From: the human T2T-CHM13v2.0 reference genome, Homo sapiens
Length of the DNA: 64,000 bases
Reading direction: 5' to 3' (one strand)
Assembly (NCBI RefSeq): GCF_009914755.1
Contig: NC_060934.1
Part shown: positions 33,206 to 48,264 of the stretch, piece by piece
How the letters are laid out: every line of letters starts with the position of its first letter
How positions within the stretch are numbered: the stretch's first letter is position 1
The notes under the pieces: model-generated
Told to the model about the DNA's origin: nothing
Databases searched by the model: none
What the model saw: only the letters and a program-made list of their open reading frames with translations
Made by a program: the position numbers and the translations under genes

Positions 33206-33912
33206 GGTAATTGCCAGTGGGTCCTTCCTGCCCACTGCACAGGCAAAATCAATTCACTGAGACCCCGGAATTGCAGTAGAGAAAGAGTTTAACTAATGCA
33301 AGGCTGGCCCATGTGAGAGAATTAAGGTTATCTCTCAAAACAGTCTTCCTAAAGGCTCAGAGGTCAGGGGTTTTGTGGGTGATTTGGTGGGCAGGGGACT
33401 AGGAAATGGGTGCTGCTGATTTGTTGTGAATGAAATCATAGGGGTGTAGGGCCACAAGACCAGTTGAGTCATGAGTCATGAGTCTGGGTAGGGTCAGTTT
33501 GAGAAATATCTCCAAAAACCAATCTTCAGTTTTTCAATAGCAATGTTGTCTATAGGCGCAACTGAGGAAATCACAAACCTTGTGACTCCTGGCTACAGGA
33601 CTTCTGAGCAGTAAGGGATTATAGAAACTATACTTACATTTTAGCAGAGTTCATGCCCTTCCCATAATCCTATTCTCATGCTCTCTTATTAGACTCACAA
33701 AGGTGGTTTTCAGTCCCTAAACAAGGAGGGCGTTAATTTTAGGGAGAGACTATGGTCATCTTTGCCTTCAAGTTAAACTATAAACTAAACTTCTCCCAAA
33801 GTTAGCTTGGCCTATGCGCAGGAATCATCAAGGACAGCTTAGAGGTCAGAAGCAAGATGGCGTCAGCTATGTCAGATTTCTCTTACCACCATAATCTTGC
33901 AAAGGTGGTTCA
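33206..33912 (-). mobile_element. LTR8A-type solo LTR (ERV1)
   Basis: End ...ttagaggtcagaagcaagatgg...ttgcaaaggtggttca is the reverse complement of the LTR8 5' end. Confidence 0.85.
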
Positions 33913-33929
33913 TGTGGGCATAGTCCCAG

Positions 33930-34150
33930 TGTGACCTGAGGGAGTACCAGTCCCAAGCAGTGAAGTGAAACTGAAGGTGCTTGGGCCTCCACACCAGACA
34001 TCCCTGGTTTAAGTCTCTTGGGATCTTGGACCAGTTAAGCAATTTGAGCTTCTGTTTCCTCATCTGTAAAATGGGAAGATTAAGTAGGATCCTGTCACTA
34101 AAGGCCCCAGCCCAGGGTCTGACACATAAGTGCTCAAAATGGCTAGTATA
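33930..34150. mobile_element. MIR relic
   Basis: ctgtttcctcatctgtaaaatggg core. Confidence 0.75.
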
Positions 34151-34668
34151 ATGACAGACATGAAAGTTATGTTCAAATTTGCAATAACAAAAGGAATAAA
34201 GGGGGATTTTCTCTATTCCACTTTCATGATGGAAAGTGAATTCCAAGCCTGAGGCAAGTACTTTGAAAATGAAGAGAAAATAAATATTTTTGTGTCTGCA
34301 AATAATCCTTTCTTGCTACAAGAAAGCTGTATCTATTGATAAAATAAAAAGGATGCATATCCTTTACTTTTTAAGGGAATGGCTCAAACACACCACCAAT
34401 ACTCAAAACAGAAATGCAAAATTAAAACAACAGGATCACATTTGCTCAATATCTGACACTCCTATCTAACCTTAGGTTTTTGAGCACTTTGAACCACAAC
34501 CATTGGTTTTCTTTTACCATTTTTTTAAAATCTCACAGGATGTGGCCTTACTGTCTTCTGAAGACCCACAGCTTTCTTTGTGCATGAATTATGACAACTG
34601 TCACATTCTGCCTTGACTTGAGGATAATGTATCTTTGTATTTCTGCTTCTGACCCCTCATGCTGACCA

Positions 34669-35112
<444 letters not shown>

Positions 35113-35885
35113 CAGCTTTCTGAGTGACATCCTCATCCACATCACCCCACCAGAGTCGGATTGCCTTTGTCCTTGGTCTGTGATTTGAACCATGTTTTGG
35201 TCCTGAAATCTTCCTTACTTGGGAGAGGCTTGGTGCTCACTGAGAAGGGAAGGGAAGACAAAAGAAGTGTGAAGAGTGGATATCTGAGATGTAACATTTT
35301 TCCCAGTTATAAGTTATAAACCTAAAAATAAAACACATTTAAGCTTTCTGATTGTTAGAGCTGTAAAAGATGACTTTGTTATGGATTGCCCTGAATTTCA
35401 TTTACACCAGGTGATACCAGAACCTTCTGTTTCATTCCACTCCTTCCTTTACTCAGAACCTTTATGTAAAGGAAAAATCAAACTGTTTTTTCTCTCTGCT
35501 TTCACACTCAACATAGAACACTTCTGCAACCAGATATGTGTGTGTGGTTTTTGTTTTTGTTTTTCAAATACACCAAGCAATTCTCCAGCAGACACCAGCT
35601 GGGTGTCCTATAATTCAATTCAGTTCTGTCACTGGGTCTGACACTACCTGGAGCTACTATCAGACCCACAGATTGAGGGCTCAGCCCCACAAGGTTGCCC
35701 CCACTTCAGACACCAATGGCGAATCACAGGATGCAGCTTGTGCTTTTGATTAACTGGCTATAAATCAGGGTCTCATGATTCCACCCCTTTGGATTGGATA
35801 CTTTGCTAGCGAGACAGAGCAGGGATCCCTCTTAGGGGCCTGCCAGAAGTCTTGAGTCTCTATAAGGGAATTTCCAGGCACCTAG

Positions 35886-36182
35886 GCCCAGTGGCTAACA
35901 CCTATAATTTCAGCAATTTGGGAGGCCAAGGTGGGTGGATCACTTGAACCCAGGAGTTTACAATCAGCCTGGCCAACATGGTAAAACCCCATCTCTACGA
36001 AAAATACAAAAATTAACCAGGCATGATGGCATGCGCTTGTAGTCCCAGCTACCAGCTACTCAGGAGGCTGAGGGGGGAGGATTGCTTGAGCCCAGGAGCT
36101 GGAGGCTGCAGTGAGCTATGATTGCACCACTGCACTCTAGCCTGGGCAACAGAAAAAGACCCTGTGTCAAAAAAAAAAAAAA
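35886..36182 (+). mobile_element. Alu (J-like)
   Basis: Dimer with A tail. Confidence 0.93.
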
Positions 36183-36530
36183 TGTAAATGAGCAGCCTGA
36201 TCAGCAAGAAGATAGTAGCAATAGTCTCCCAAGCAAGCCAGAGTCATAAGGTGTTTGGGCTCGCTATAGAGATGGAAGGGTAACATCTTGACATACGTAC
36301 TTGCATTGCTTTTTGGAAGCAACTCACATGACATCACATGGTTGTCAGCTACAGGAAAACTGAGGACTGAACTCTGACTGCCATTTTTTTCTCTAAATTT
36401 CTTCCTGAGGGGCCTGGAAGGAGTCACATCCACAGGCCAGACTAACGCTTAACCTCCATGTGTTGGTTTAAGATTTGACCTGCAACTTGTTTTCCTGAAA
36501 TGTACCCCAGCCTTTAAAAAACCCTTGCCT

Positions 36531-36848
<318 letters not shown>

Positions 36849-37162
36849 ACCCTTGCCTGTAAGTTATTGGGGAATTTGGGTCTTAAGCATTAGCTGCCCA
36901 TTCTCCTTGCACGGTGCCCTCCAATAAATATTGTTTTCTCCAGCTGCAAACCTGGTTCTCAGTGTCTGACTTTACGCATCAGGTGAGCAGACTCCAGTTC
37001 AGCTCAGTAACACAATGATGGCTCACAGAACTCAAGGGAGCAGTTCCCTTACATTTACTGGTCTATTATAAAGGGCAGCGATGAACATCCAGATGGAGAG
37101 ATGGAGAGGGCAAGGTATGGGGGTTGTAGAGCCTCCATGCCCTCTCCTGCATACCACCCTCC

Positions 37163-37801
37163 TATTACCAGAAAGGGGTCCCTATCCAGACCCCAAGAGA
37201 GGGTTCTTGGATCTCATGCAAGAAAGAATTCAGGGCAAGTCCACGGAGTAAAGTGAATGTAAGTTTTTTAAGAAAGTAAAGGAATAAAAGAATGGTTGCT
37301 CCTTAGGTAGAGCAGTGGCGTGGACTGCACAGCTGATTATACTTATATAGTTATTTCTTGATTATATGCCAAGCAAAGGGTGGATTATTCATGAGTTTTC
37401 AGGGAAAGAGGTGGGCAATTCCCGTAACTGAGGGTTCCTCCCCTTTTTAGACCATATAGGGTAACTTCTAGACATTGCCATGGCATTTGTAAACTGTCAG
37501 GGCGCTGATGGGAGTGTTTTAGCATGCTAATGCATTATAATTAGCATATACTGAGCAGTGAGAGTGACCAGAGGTTATTCTTGTTGCCATCTTGGTTTTT
37601 GTGGGTTCTGGCCGTCTTCTTTACCACATGCTTTTTTATAGCAAGGTCTTTGAGACCTGTATCTTTTGACAACCACCTATCTATCTTATCCTGTGACTTA
37701 GAATGCTCTAACCTCCTGGGAATGCAGCCCAGTAGGTCTCAGCCTTATTTCACCCAGCCCCTATTCAAGATGGAATTGCTCTGGCTCAAAAGCCTTTGAC
37801 A
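37163..37801 (-). mobile_element. MER41B solo LTR nested in MER21
   Basis: MER41B consensus; perfect 4-bp TSD ctcc. Confidence 0.9.
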
Positions 37802-38842
37802 CTCCCAGCATCTCCACATGTTCAACCACCCAGAAGCTCATCAAATCTTGTTCGAGAGTTTTTATAGAAGTTGGCCTCCAAGCTCCCCCAGTCTTCCAGA
37901 AGTTAGTGTGTGGGTCAGAAAATTCCATCCTTCTAATGGCTTGGTCTTTCCTCAGCCCCAACCTGAGGCTATTTAGGGACCCCACCCTAAGTTACCTCAT
38001 TAACATAAACTTAGGTGTGATCAAAAGGGGTTCATTATGAATAACAAAAGACATTCCTATCACTCAGGAAATTACCAGGGTTTAGGAACTCAGTATCAGG
38101 AACCAGGGACAAAGGCCAAATATATTTCATATTAAACCACTTTGAAGCAAAGGAGAGATGTGTCCCTCCTGAAAGGAGGCCACCTTCCACTTATCTTTTA
38201 TATAAGCTGAGAGGGTCTCAGCTCAAACCGTGCTTCCCAGAGCCCAGAACTCCTGAGCTCATGTCCTACAAGCAGTTTTCTCTGGGGTTAATACAGCATT
38301 AGTAGTCACTCAGGACATTTACAATGGGCTGGAGGCCTTTATATAAAACACTTTGACATTTTTATTGTCTCTCTTTAAAGAAATATTTGCACAACAATTT
38401 TTATTTTATTAATAGGTACATTTTTCTTGCAGCAAGAAAGGATTATTTGCAGACACTAAAGTATTTACTTTTCCCATAACCTTGAAAGTATTGGCCTCGG
38501 GTTTGGAATTCACTTTCCCTATCAGGAAAGTGGGATAGAGAAAATTCCTCAAACGTGACCAGTGAAGATTAACAGGCCAATTTGGGAGCTTGCTTTTTAG
38601 CACCACCAGTCACGTTAACATTTTTGGCTTGCCAGAGCAAAAAGGGCACATTCTGACCTTTGTACATTACCCTCTCTCATTACCATGCTTCCCTTCAAAA
38701 GGAGCCAGGGAAGCCCACAGATATGGAGAACCAGAGAAGAAGCAGAAAAGATTGCAGCTGATCCTGAGTTGATGCAAAAAATAATAATAATAAGGCAATA
38801 AAAAAGCATCAAAAGCCAAGGATGTTACTGTTAAATTAGACA

Positions 38843-38843
38843 T

Positions 38844-38882
<39 letters not shown>

Positions 38883-39164
38883 TTTTGAGACAGAGTCTTG
38901 GTCTGTAGCCCAGGCTGGAGTGTAGTGGCACAACCTTGGCTCTGCAACCTCCTCCTCTCAGGTGCAAGTGATTCTTCTGTCTCAGCCTCCTGAGTAGTTG
39001 ATATTACAGGCACCCACCACCACACCCGGCTAATTTTTGTATTTTTAGTGGAGACGAGGTTTCACGATGTTGACCAGGCTGGTCTCGAACTCCTGGCCTC
39101 AAGTGATTCACACCTCACACTCCCAAAGTGCTAGGATTACAGGCGTGAGCCACTACACTCGGCC
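38843..39164 (-). mobile_element. Alu (S-like) with (TTTA)n tail
   Basis: Approximate TSD taaat(t/g)agac. Confidence 0.95.
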
Positions 39165-40146
39165 TAAATGAGACTTTTAAATATGCTATAGATATCAGAG
39201 GAGTTTTAGTGCAATTGTCTCCTTAAATTTGTCAGGGAAATCATTAATCATTGGATGTTAAATGTATACAGATTGTTGAATAAATGAGCGGCACACGAAG
39301 ACTGCATGATGATAATCCAAAAGGAAAAATGAGAAAGAGATGAGAGAAAGGAGAGAGGAGAGAAGGGGAAATTTCCTCTTTGCAGGCCACTCAAAACACG
39401 AAGCCAGCCTCTGGTTTCCAGTTTCATTATTTGGAGCCTTGCCTACCTAAATGGCAAGTCATTTTAAGAGCTTAAAAAAATCTTGCCAGGCACAAAGATA
39501 GACACATACTATGGGTATGCAGCAGCTTTTAATAGAAGTAAACTCGGGGCAGATATGAACATTGCGTAACTTCAGGCTTATGGTATCCACCTGATTGTCA
39601 TTTGCCTAGCTGTCAGGGTCCCCTTGTCATCACTGGGTACCTGCGTGCACAGTCTGGCTGCAGAATCACATTCAGGGCAAAGGACGGTCCTGCCTTAATG
39701 GGGCTTCATGAGTATGACTTTACCATTTTCAATGGCAGGTAAAATCATTTTCCTCCTGCCTCCTAACAGCCATACCAGTCCAGGTTTAGAGGCACCGAAC
39801 TCCACTTTCTCTTGCTGTTAGCATAATGGTAGGGTAAGGAAAAGCCAGCCACCCAGAGACAACCAACCAGATCAAGTAACCCAGACAGATAGAAATCTGT
39901 CAGAGAAGAATATTCCTTGGAACATGCTGTTTTTACATATCTTTTACTCACTGGCCATCTTACATAGTTAAAATTGTCAGTCATATAAAACTTCAATACC
40001 AAAACCTGACTCAGCCATCCTGGACCTGCTTTGCCTTCTAATCCTATTGTTCAGATGTTCCCATGTTACTTAGTCAATTATCCACCAAATATCTGATTGA
40101 ACATCTATGCACTCAGGTCAAAATACTGTATAAAAAAACTACAGGA

Positions 40147-40460
40147 TGCTAGGCACAGTGGCTCACACCTGTAATCCCAGCACTTTTGGAGGCAGAGGCA
40201 GGCAGGCTGATCACGTGAGCCCAGGAGTTCAAGACTAGCCTGAGCAACATGGCAAGACCTCATCTCTACTAAGAATACAGAAAATTAGCTGGGCCTGGTG
40301 GCATGTGCCTGTGGTCCCAGCTACTCAGGAGGCTGTGATGGGAGGATTGCCTGAGCCCAGAAATTCAAGGCTGCAGTGAGCTGAGACTGCACCACTGCAC
40401 TCCAGCCTGGGCAACAGAGAGAGACACTGTCTCATAATAATAATAATAATAATAATAATA
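40147..40460 (+). mobile_element. Alu (J-like) with (TAA)n tail
   Basis: Dimer; trinucleotide tail. Confidence 0.93.
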
Positions 40461-41639
40461 GAAATGAATGAGGTGTGGTCCCCTCCATCAAAGCCCATGT
40501 CCTTACCAAGCTTAATGTCTTTACACAAGAACGCTTAAATCACTTCTCCCTCTAGTCAAAGACAACCCGTATTATTTTCTTAGGCAGTTTGAGACTCTTA
40601 GAATCATCTCAGTCAACCTGAGTATGACCAACTTTCTTGAGAAACAAGTCCTTTTCTTACCCACCTACCACCCCTTCCAGATCTCCAGGCCATGTTCCAG
40701 CCAGTACTCATTGCTTCAGTGGTGATGGCCTCCTCATGTGTCTCAGTCAATCATTCATTGTGTAAACATTCCAGCAGCATCACATCACCCTTCTGAAGAA
40801 GTCACTGAAGCTCACCGCTGCCTGTAAAGTCAAATCTAGATTCATCTGAGGACAAATCAGATTAGGGCCACATCAAGGAACTAACATAAAATTAAGATAT
40901 GTGGCATAACTTAAATAATTTAGCCAGTGAAATTCCTAGCCAGGTCTGAATGAGTTAAGTAAGAATCACATAAGAACTGGCCTCACCTGCAGTATTTGGG
41001 GCTGCATTAATTTTTGTGAGTGGCAGCCCACCTTTGTGCATATAAATTGGGTAATTACACGAGTAAATTGGAGTTTTTGCACTGAGAATCAGCACCTGGA
41101 AATAACAGAAGGCCAGAGAAAGCAGGCCAATTGAAACTTTTGCCCTTCATATTTGAAAGCAGCACTTTCTAGACAGCTTGAAGACTGAGGCTTGAAGAGA
41201 CCTAACAGGAAAGAAGTGGGGGAAGAGCACCTAACCATTCTGTTTGTACATCATTTTCTATTTAAAGATAATAACGTGGTGTAGAAAAATTGAAACACGA
41301 AAATTATATATTTGGTCGTCTCATCTCAACTTCCAGCAGAGTAAAGATTGTCACAAAATTACCATACTTGCGTTGGACATAATTTGTTAGAAGTTGACGG
41401 CCTGAAAGCTCACATCTACCCTGAGACCTGAGAAGAACTTGTCCCAGAGTGAATCATGTCCTCTGTGTTTCTGGAAAGGACATCGATGGCCAACGGGCTT
41501 TGTTGAGGATGAACTTTGTCAATCAGTTATAATTTGTAAGATCCTGGCCACTGATATGTAGAAATATCTGATGTGTGTTGATCTGGAGCAACTCACTTAA
41601 CCTCCGGAGGCCTCATTTCAGCCACGAGGGAATTGACTA

Positions 41640-41830
41640 AGTGGGTAATGAAACTAACATTTTGGGATTGTCTACAATGGGCAAGGCAATTGACTTGTTA
41701 TCTCATTCAATCTTAACCATACTGTGAGCTAGATATTATTGTCCTTATTTTACAGATGAGAAAGCTAAGAGAGGCTTAATAACCTATCAAACTCTCTTAG
41801 CTGATGATTCACATAACTAGGACTTAGAAC
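41640..41830. mobile_element. MIR relic
   Basis: attattgtccttattttacagatgagaaagct core. Confidence 0.7.
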
Positions 41831-41846
41831 CAGTAGGACTAGGTAG

Positions 41847-42180
<334 letters not shown>

Positions 42181-42768
42181 TGATTCCTAACTAGAGATGG
42201 AGGAGACGGAAGGAAGCTTGTTATCTCTTCAAACTACTCTCCCAGGTTGGATGCTTGCGGAGGGGCAGGACAGCACAGTCACTGTTGCTGTTGGAAACAT
42301 GCCACATTCCTTAATGATATTAACACACAGCCCAAGACTGGAAACCCTGGTCTAGCCTCAAAACTCTGGCACTACTTCACACTGTCTCCCAGCCATTTTT
42401 ATGGTCTTTTCCAACAGGAAACCATTTCAAAATAATCAATGGCCACAAAGCTTCAGTCAACCCAGGACCTTTGGATTTGGTGTATGCAACATTTGATCTC
42501 TAATGCTGTTTTCAAGACCAACATAATATCTGAACTTGCCATAGAGATGTCACAGGACTTGAGAGATAGTAGAAACACTTCCTCCAACAAGTCTCTCCTA
42601 CTGATCTTGAAACTGGGCCTCTCCACGTTATTCTCTCTTTTATTTGAAGTCATCATGGACATTTGCTAAAATGTGACTTAAATCTGGGAGCTTAACAGAC
42701 TCTACCATTAGTGTTTTTCAAGACGATTTCTGCACTTATGCTGTTTTATACACACACGTCATGAGCGG

Positions 42769-42801
<33 letters not shown>

Positions 42802-43075
42802 GTCTAAGCAACTAGATTCAGTTTATCAGATTATTCCTAGCAGAGTGTAGAAGGGCAGGCTGGAAAGCTAGTCGGTTTTGATAGGAAAATGAAGTCAGAA
42901 CAAATGCAGAGCCCTTGCGCTTCCTGAGGGGTCCTCAGAATGAGAGGAGGGGAGCCTGGAGCCAGGGGTCCTGCGAGGAGAGGGAAAACCTGCCCACTTC
43001 TAAGTGGGCTCTGAGGAAGCTCTGCCCCAGTGCTCTGACGGAGGGATTTGGTGTTTGTAATCCAGTCTCTATATA

Positions 43076-43364
43076 CTAGGTTGCTGCAAAAGTAATTGAG
43101 GTTTTTACATTGAAAATTATGGCGGCTGGGCACAGTGGCTCAGCCTGTAATCCTAACACTTTGGGAGGCTGAAGCGGGCAGATCATCTGAGGTCAGGAGC
43201 TTCAGACCAGGCTGGCCAACGTGGTGAAACCCTGTCTCCACTACAATACAAAAATTAGCTGGATATGGTGGCATGCCCCTGTAATCCCACAGGAGATGGA
43301 GATTGTAGTGAGCCAAGATTGTGCCATTGCACTCCAGCCTGGGCGACAGAGTGAGACTCGGTCT

Positions 43365-43402
<38 letters not shown>

Positions 43403-43432
43403 AAAACCACAATTACTTTTGCACCAACCTAT
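43076..43432. mobile_element. MADE1 (Hsmar1 MITE) split by an Alu
   Basis: Left TIR taggttgctgcaaaagtaattgaggttttt and right TIR aaaaaccacaattacttttgcaccaaccta, TA-flanked. Confidence 0.92.
43124..43398 (+). mobile_element. Alu (S-like, internal deletion) inside MADE1
   Basis: Dimer with about 35 bp missing in right arm; long pure A tail. Confidence 0.95.
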
Positions 43433-43889
43433 AGCTAGTTCTTTCCCCAGAAAGAAAGAAATGTGATCGCTGCAGCTCCCATGTGGGGCTGTGACTTCTG
43501 CTGGCTTGTAATCCAGTCCCTGAAGAACGTTTACTTGCAGGCTCTCAAAAGGAGCCTCCCACGTGTGATTGCGGCTGAGTGTGTTTATGCAAATATCAAA
43601 GTTTGACTTAACCACGGTTTATCTGTGAAATCCTCGTTAATAATATTGAAGAGCAAAATTTGGCTCGGACAAGGGACCCTTGACCAACTATTTGTTGGAA
43701 TTGCCAATGCTATATATTAAACAAACGAGCAGCTGTTTGTAGCCTTTGAAGTTCGTTTTATTTCGATAGCAACAGTTATGTTGTGTACAACACACACTCC
43801 CAAGGAAAATAAAGAGAGCCACAGACCAGAGAGGGACTTCAGAGCTCCAGAAAATTACCAAAAGAGATGCCATAAATATAAATTGATAG

Positions 43890-44344
<455 letters not shown>

Positions 44345-45239
44345 TGAATGAAGAAACTCAGGTGCAGAAAGACTAACTTGGTTGCCTGTGGTTGCCCATG
44401 GAGGCAGAGGCGGAGCTGAGAGTCAAACCCAGGCAGCTAACTCCAAGTCCTTCCTGTCTTCGCATCAGAACAAGTATCACCCACCTGGGTGCCATCATGT
44501 CTCTTAGGTACCTCACAGCCCTACTATTCCACAGGAGAACATCTATTCCACAGAGATATTAAATGAGAAGACAATGCCAACACTCCCACGTCTGTGTGAT
44601 TACATGCCCACTCTTCAACAAAAGGTGTTGAAAATTTCTGGAAGATTGCCCACTTGTATGGTATTTTACAGCAAAGGCCTCTAAAATGCTGGGCTTATAC
44701 ATGATGGAAGCTTTATTTTTTCCTAAACAGCCTAAATAAATAAGAAAAAGCAACAAAAAATATAAAGACAAAAACTAATGAATAGTTTTAAGACCCTTCT
44801 CTGGGAACTAAATTTCAATAGACACAACATTTCTGTTACCTCTGGCATAGTTTTGCAATAGTCAGCAAGAGATGACCTTCTCCCTAGAAACTAAATGAGG
44901 ACTGAAAATACCAGTTGTTTCAGCAGATTTAGTAAGCTTCTATTTTCCTATAAAAATGAGCTTACCATCACCTTAGAGAAGCAGTATTTTGATTCCTTAA
45001 TGTCTACGAGAGGTTTTTGGAGTTGGATCACGTAGGTAGCCTCTCAATATGGATCTCAAAACACATTCACATAGAATAATGATAGGATATGAGTGTGGGA
45101 AGATGAAAGGAAGCTATTTGAAGACACAGGCCTAAATAGTATCTGAAAATGAATTTTAAATAATAAAAATACTATCTCCCTTTACAATCATATGGTCCTG
45201 TTTTCTAAAGAGGTGTTGGGATAATGACCTTGTCTTTGA

Positions 45240-45240
<1 letters not shown>

Positions 45241-45285
<45 letters not shown>

Positions 45286-45468
45286 ATCTATATATATCTA
45301 TCTATATATCCACCTATGTATTATCTCTATGTATATATTTATATCTATCTATATATTTATATCTATCTATATCCATCTATATATCTATGTCTATCCATAT
45401 CTATGTATATCTCTATATCTATGTATATATCTATATCTATGTATTATCGCTATCTCTATCTATCTATA
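45241..45468. repeat. (TCTA)n STR decaying into TA-rich low-complexity repeat
   Basis: Directly visible. Confidence 0.95.
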
Positions 45469-47879
45469 TTAAAGCTTATGCTAAAAATGACCATAGCATT
45501 TAGTAACTGTTCTACCACTAAATCAAACCCAGTTTTGACAATATCCATTACTGGCACGGTGGCGTTTCCATAAACCATTAATGCTGTCCCAGGCTCTGGG
45601 GCCTAAAAGGCATCATTTATTCTCCAAAGTGTTGGCGCTTTGCCATTTTGTTTCTCTTCAGACTCCACATTCACATGTCTGTCTGGCTATGGTCTTTTCC
45701 ATTTCCTTCCCATGGCTCTACATGGCTGTGTCTTGTCCTATGGCAAAGTTTTTCTATTTCACTCCCCACTGACTTTTAAGGTAGCACATGAAATGAGATC
45801 CTGGGGCTCTATGTGTGACTCCTAACTCTTATAGCTCTATAAGCTTTTAAACAATCTGAGGCAGGGGGAGTGTGTGTGTGTGTGTGTGTGCACATGTGCG
45901 TTTGTGTGTGAAAACTGATTCAAGCATCACCCAGAGACCTTGTATTCCCCAGGCCCCCAGCAGCCTCAGGATGTGTTTCCTATTAAGGATTAATTTTCCT
46001 CTAAGAAGTGATCTTTCTGGCCCTTGAAAGAGGTTCTATTCCCATTTAATGCCTGTTAGAAGCTCCTGGAGATTGGATTGAGCAGGTGGTCTCCGAATGC
46101 AGGTTTCAATGCACATTATTCACAGGAAATAAGATCAGGGTTGAGAAAATCCACTTTTTGAGAGAGGTGAGAAGGAGTCCAGTTGTCATTCTTGTTTGAT
46201 CTTGGACAATTCACTTAACCTATGTCTCCAGTTTCCAAAGATAATACAGGGAAACAGCTCTTTCTCCCTTCCTATCTCATTAGAGCATCCTGTGGGCAAT
46301 TATATGATGCTTTTAGAGTCCTCTCTATAGGGCACTTGCCTCGGAAATATAAGAATTATTGGTATTCTCATGACTTGACACTCACCAGTGGCCCCGTGTG
46401 AGATGGGCATTCGCTGGCTGACACACAAATAATAATGCATGCAATTTGTCGCAGCTGCACCAAGTCAAAGCCTGTTGATAAATAGAAATCCGGAAGTCAC
46501 ATACAAGCTGGCCTAAGCAAGGCATGGTTCTCACCCCTATTTTTAGTGAATAGAGCTCTGCTGAAATGTGTCACTGAGTGCAGATCTCTTACAAACTTTC
46601 TCACCCGTGGCTCAGTCTCGATCGCATGAAGTACGCATGCAGAGGTAGAAGGTCACATGGAGCCACGTTAAGTTATAAAAGAGAAAGAGAGAGTCAGTGT
46701 GCTGGATCCGACGGCCATACAAATCCAAAAGCCATTGTCTCCCTCTGGGCAGTAATCTATCCAACTGTTTCCCTGGCGTTCCCACCAGGAGGCCTCAGCA
46801 GCTGCTCAAAGTTAACACAATGGAGACTGAGCTCCCCCTTCTTTCTGCTAAGCACCCCACATCCCCCCCTACCCTACATACTCAGTTTGAGGCAATTATT
46901 GGCAATTTCACTTTCTTCAGCAAATTGTCTCAATTTGGTTGTTTCATCCTTCCTGCCATAGCCAAGCTCCTGCCTATTGACTCTGATGTGTCTTTCACAG
47001 AATCTCATTTTCATCCCTGTCACCAGAGTCCAAATGCCAACATACTGATTATTCTTGCTGTGACAAATACAGTGTCTCTTCAGCAGTCTCTTCAGGTCTC
47101 AGTCTCCTGAGAAAACAGCTCCCTCCCTCTCCCAGCCTTTTCATAACATTGCATGCTAAGATCACCACCATCCCCCTTTTCAATTCCTTCACAAGCTCAT
47201 CCTGGACATTTTTCATATCAGTTCTGGAAGGGCATCTCCTCCCCAGTTCTGCTTCATCTGTTTCCTGCCCAGGTCACCAGGACAAATTTTTCTGACCCCG
47301 TAGGCTATTGCCAAGCTTAATTTTAGCACCCGGCAAATTACAGTAGGTCCTGCTCATCGGATCAAAGCATTCATCCCTGCATGCTAGCCAGACTTGGGGG
47401 ACACAGCAAACAACTTCGAAAATTTCTTATGAGTCAGCTAAGGAGCATTCAGGCACGCAAAATCACAGGACACATCCACACATTCAGATATAATGACTTT
47501 CAGGCAGGATCATTTAACATGAAAGTGATGCTCATTCTCTTGCTGCCACATTGGGCCAGGCGGAAGGACAGGCTTCTGCGGAAACGTATCCAGGCAGAGT
47601 CAAGTATCTGAGAAGGACATCCACGTGGTGACATGTGGGAGAGCTGTAAAATCTCCTTGGACAGTGTCATATTTAGGACATCCTAATGCACACACACTGG
47701 GGAAAGGTGGCCCTTGTTGTATTACTCAATTTGATGTCAGTTTGATAAAGAAGCTGAAGACCAGCATCTCCAAAGCCCAGAAGTCAGTCCTGATGCCTAT
47801 GATTACAGGAATTTCATTCTCAAGCTTTTAGATTGAAAAACAGATGATTGAATTTCTCCATAAATACTAGAACTCTTGC

Positions 47880-48235
47880 TTCTTTTTCATTCATTTATTT
47901 TTTATTTCTTTTAGAAACAGTCTTACTTTGTCATCCAGGATGGAGTGCAGTGGTGCCATCATAGTTCACTGCATCTTGGACCTCCTGGGCTCGAGTGATT
48001 TTCCCACCTCAGTCTCTCGAGTAGATGAGACTGCAGATGCACACCACCACGCCCAGATAATTTTTTATTTTTTGAATTTTCCCCTCTGGTCTTTGATTCA
48101 GGATTTAAAATTTTTTGTAGAGACTGGGTCTCTCTATGTTGCCCCGGCTGGTCTTGTATTCCTGGCCTCAAGTGATCTTCCCACCTTGGCCTCCCAGAGC
48201 TCTGGTATTAGAGGCATAAGCTACCATGGCCAGCT
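47880..48235 (-). mobile_element. Alu (J-like) with insert in the linker
   Basis: Reverse dimer; non-Alu sequence at about 48074-48106. Confidence 0.92.
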
Positions 48236-48264
48236 GCTCCTTTCCATTTTAAATATGCCCACTA

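Noticed and set aside
42439-42669. Overlapping 70-aa ORFs in unique DNA with a weak minus-strand acceptor
   Set aside because: No donor or recognisable product; chance-level evidence
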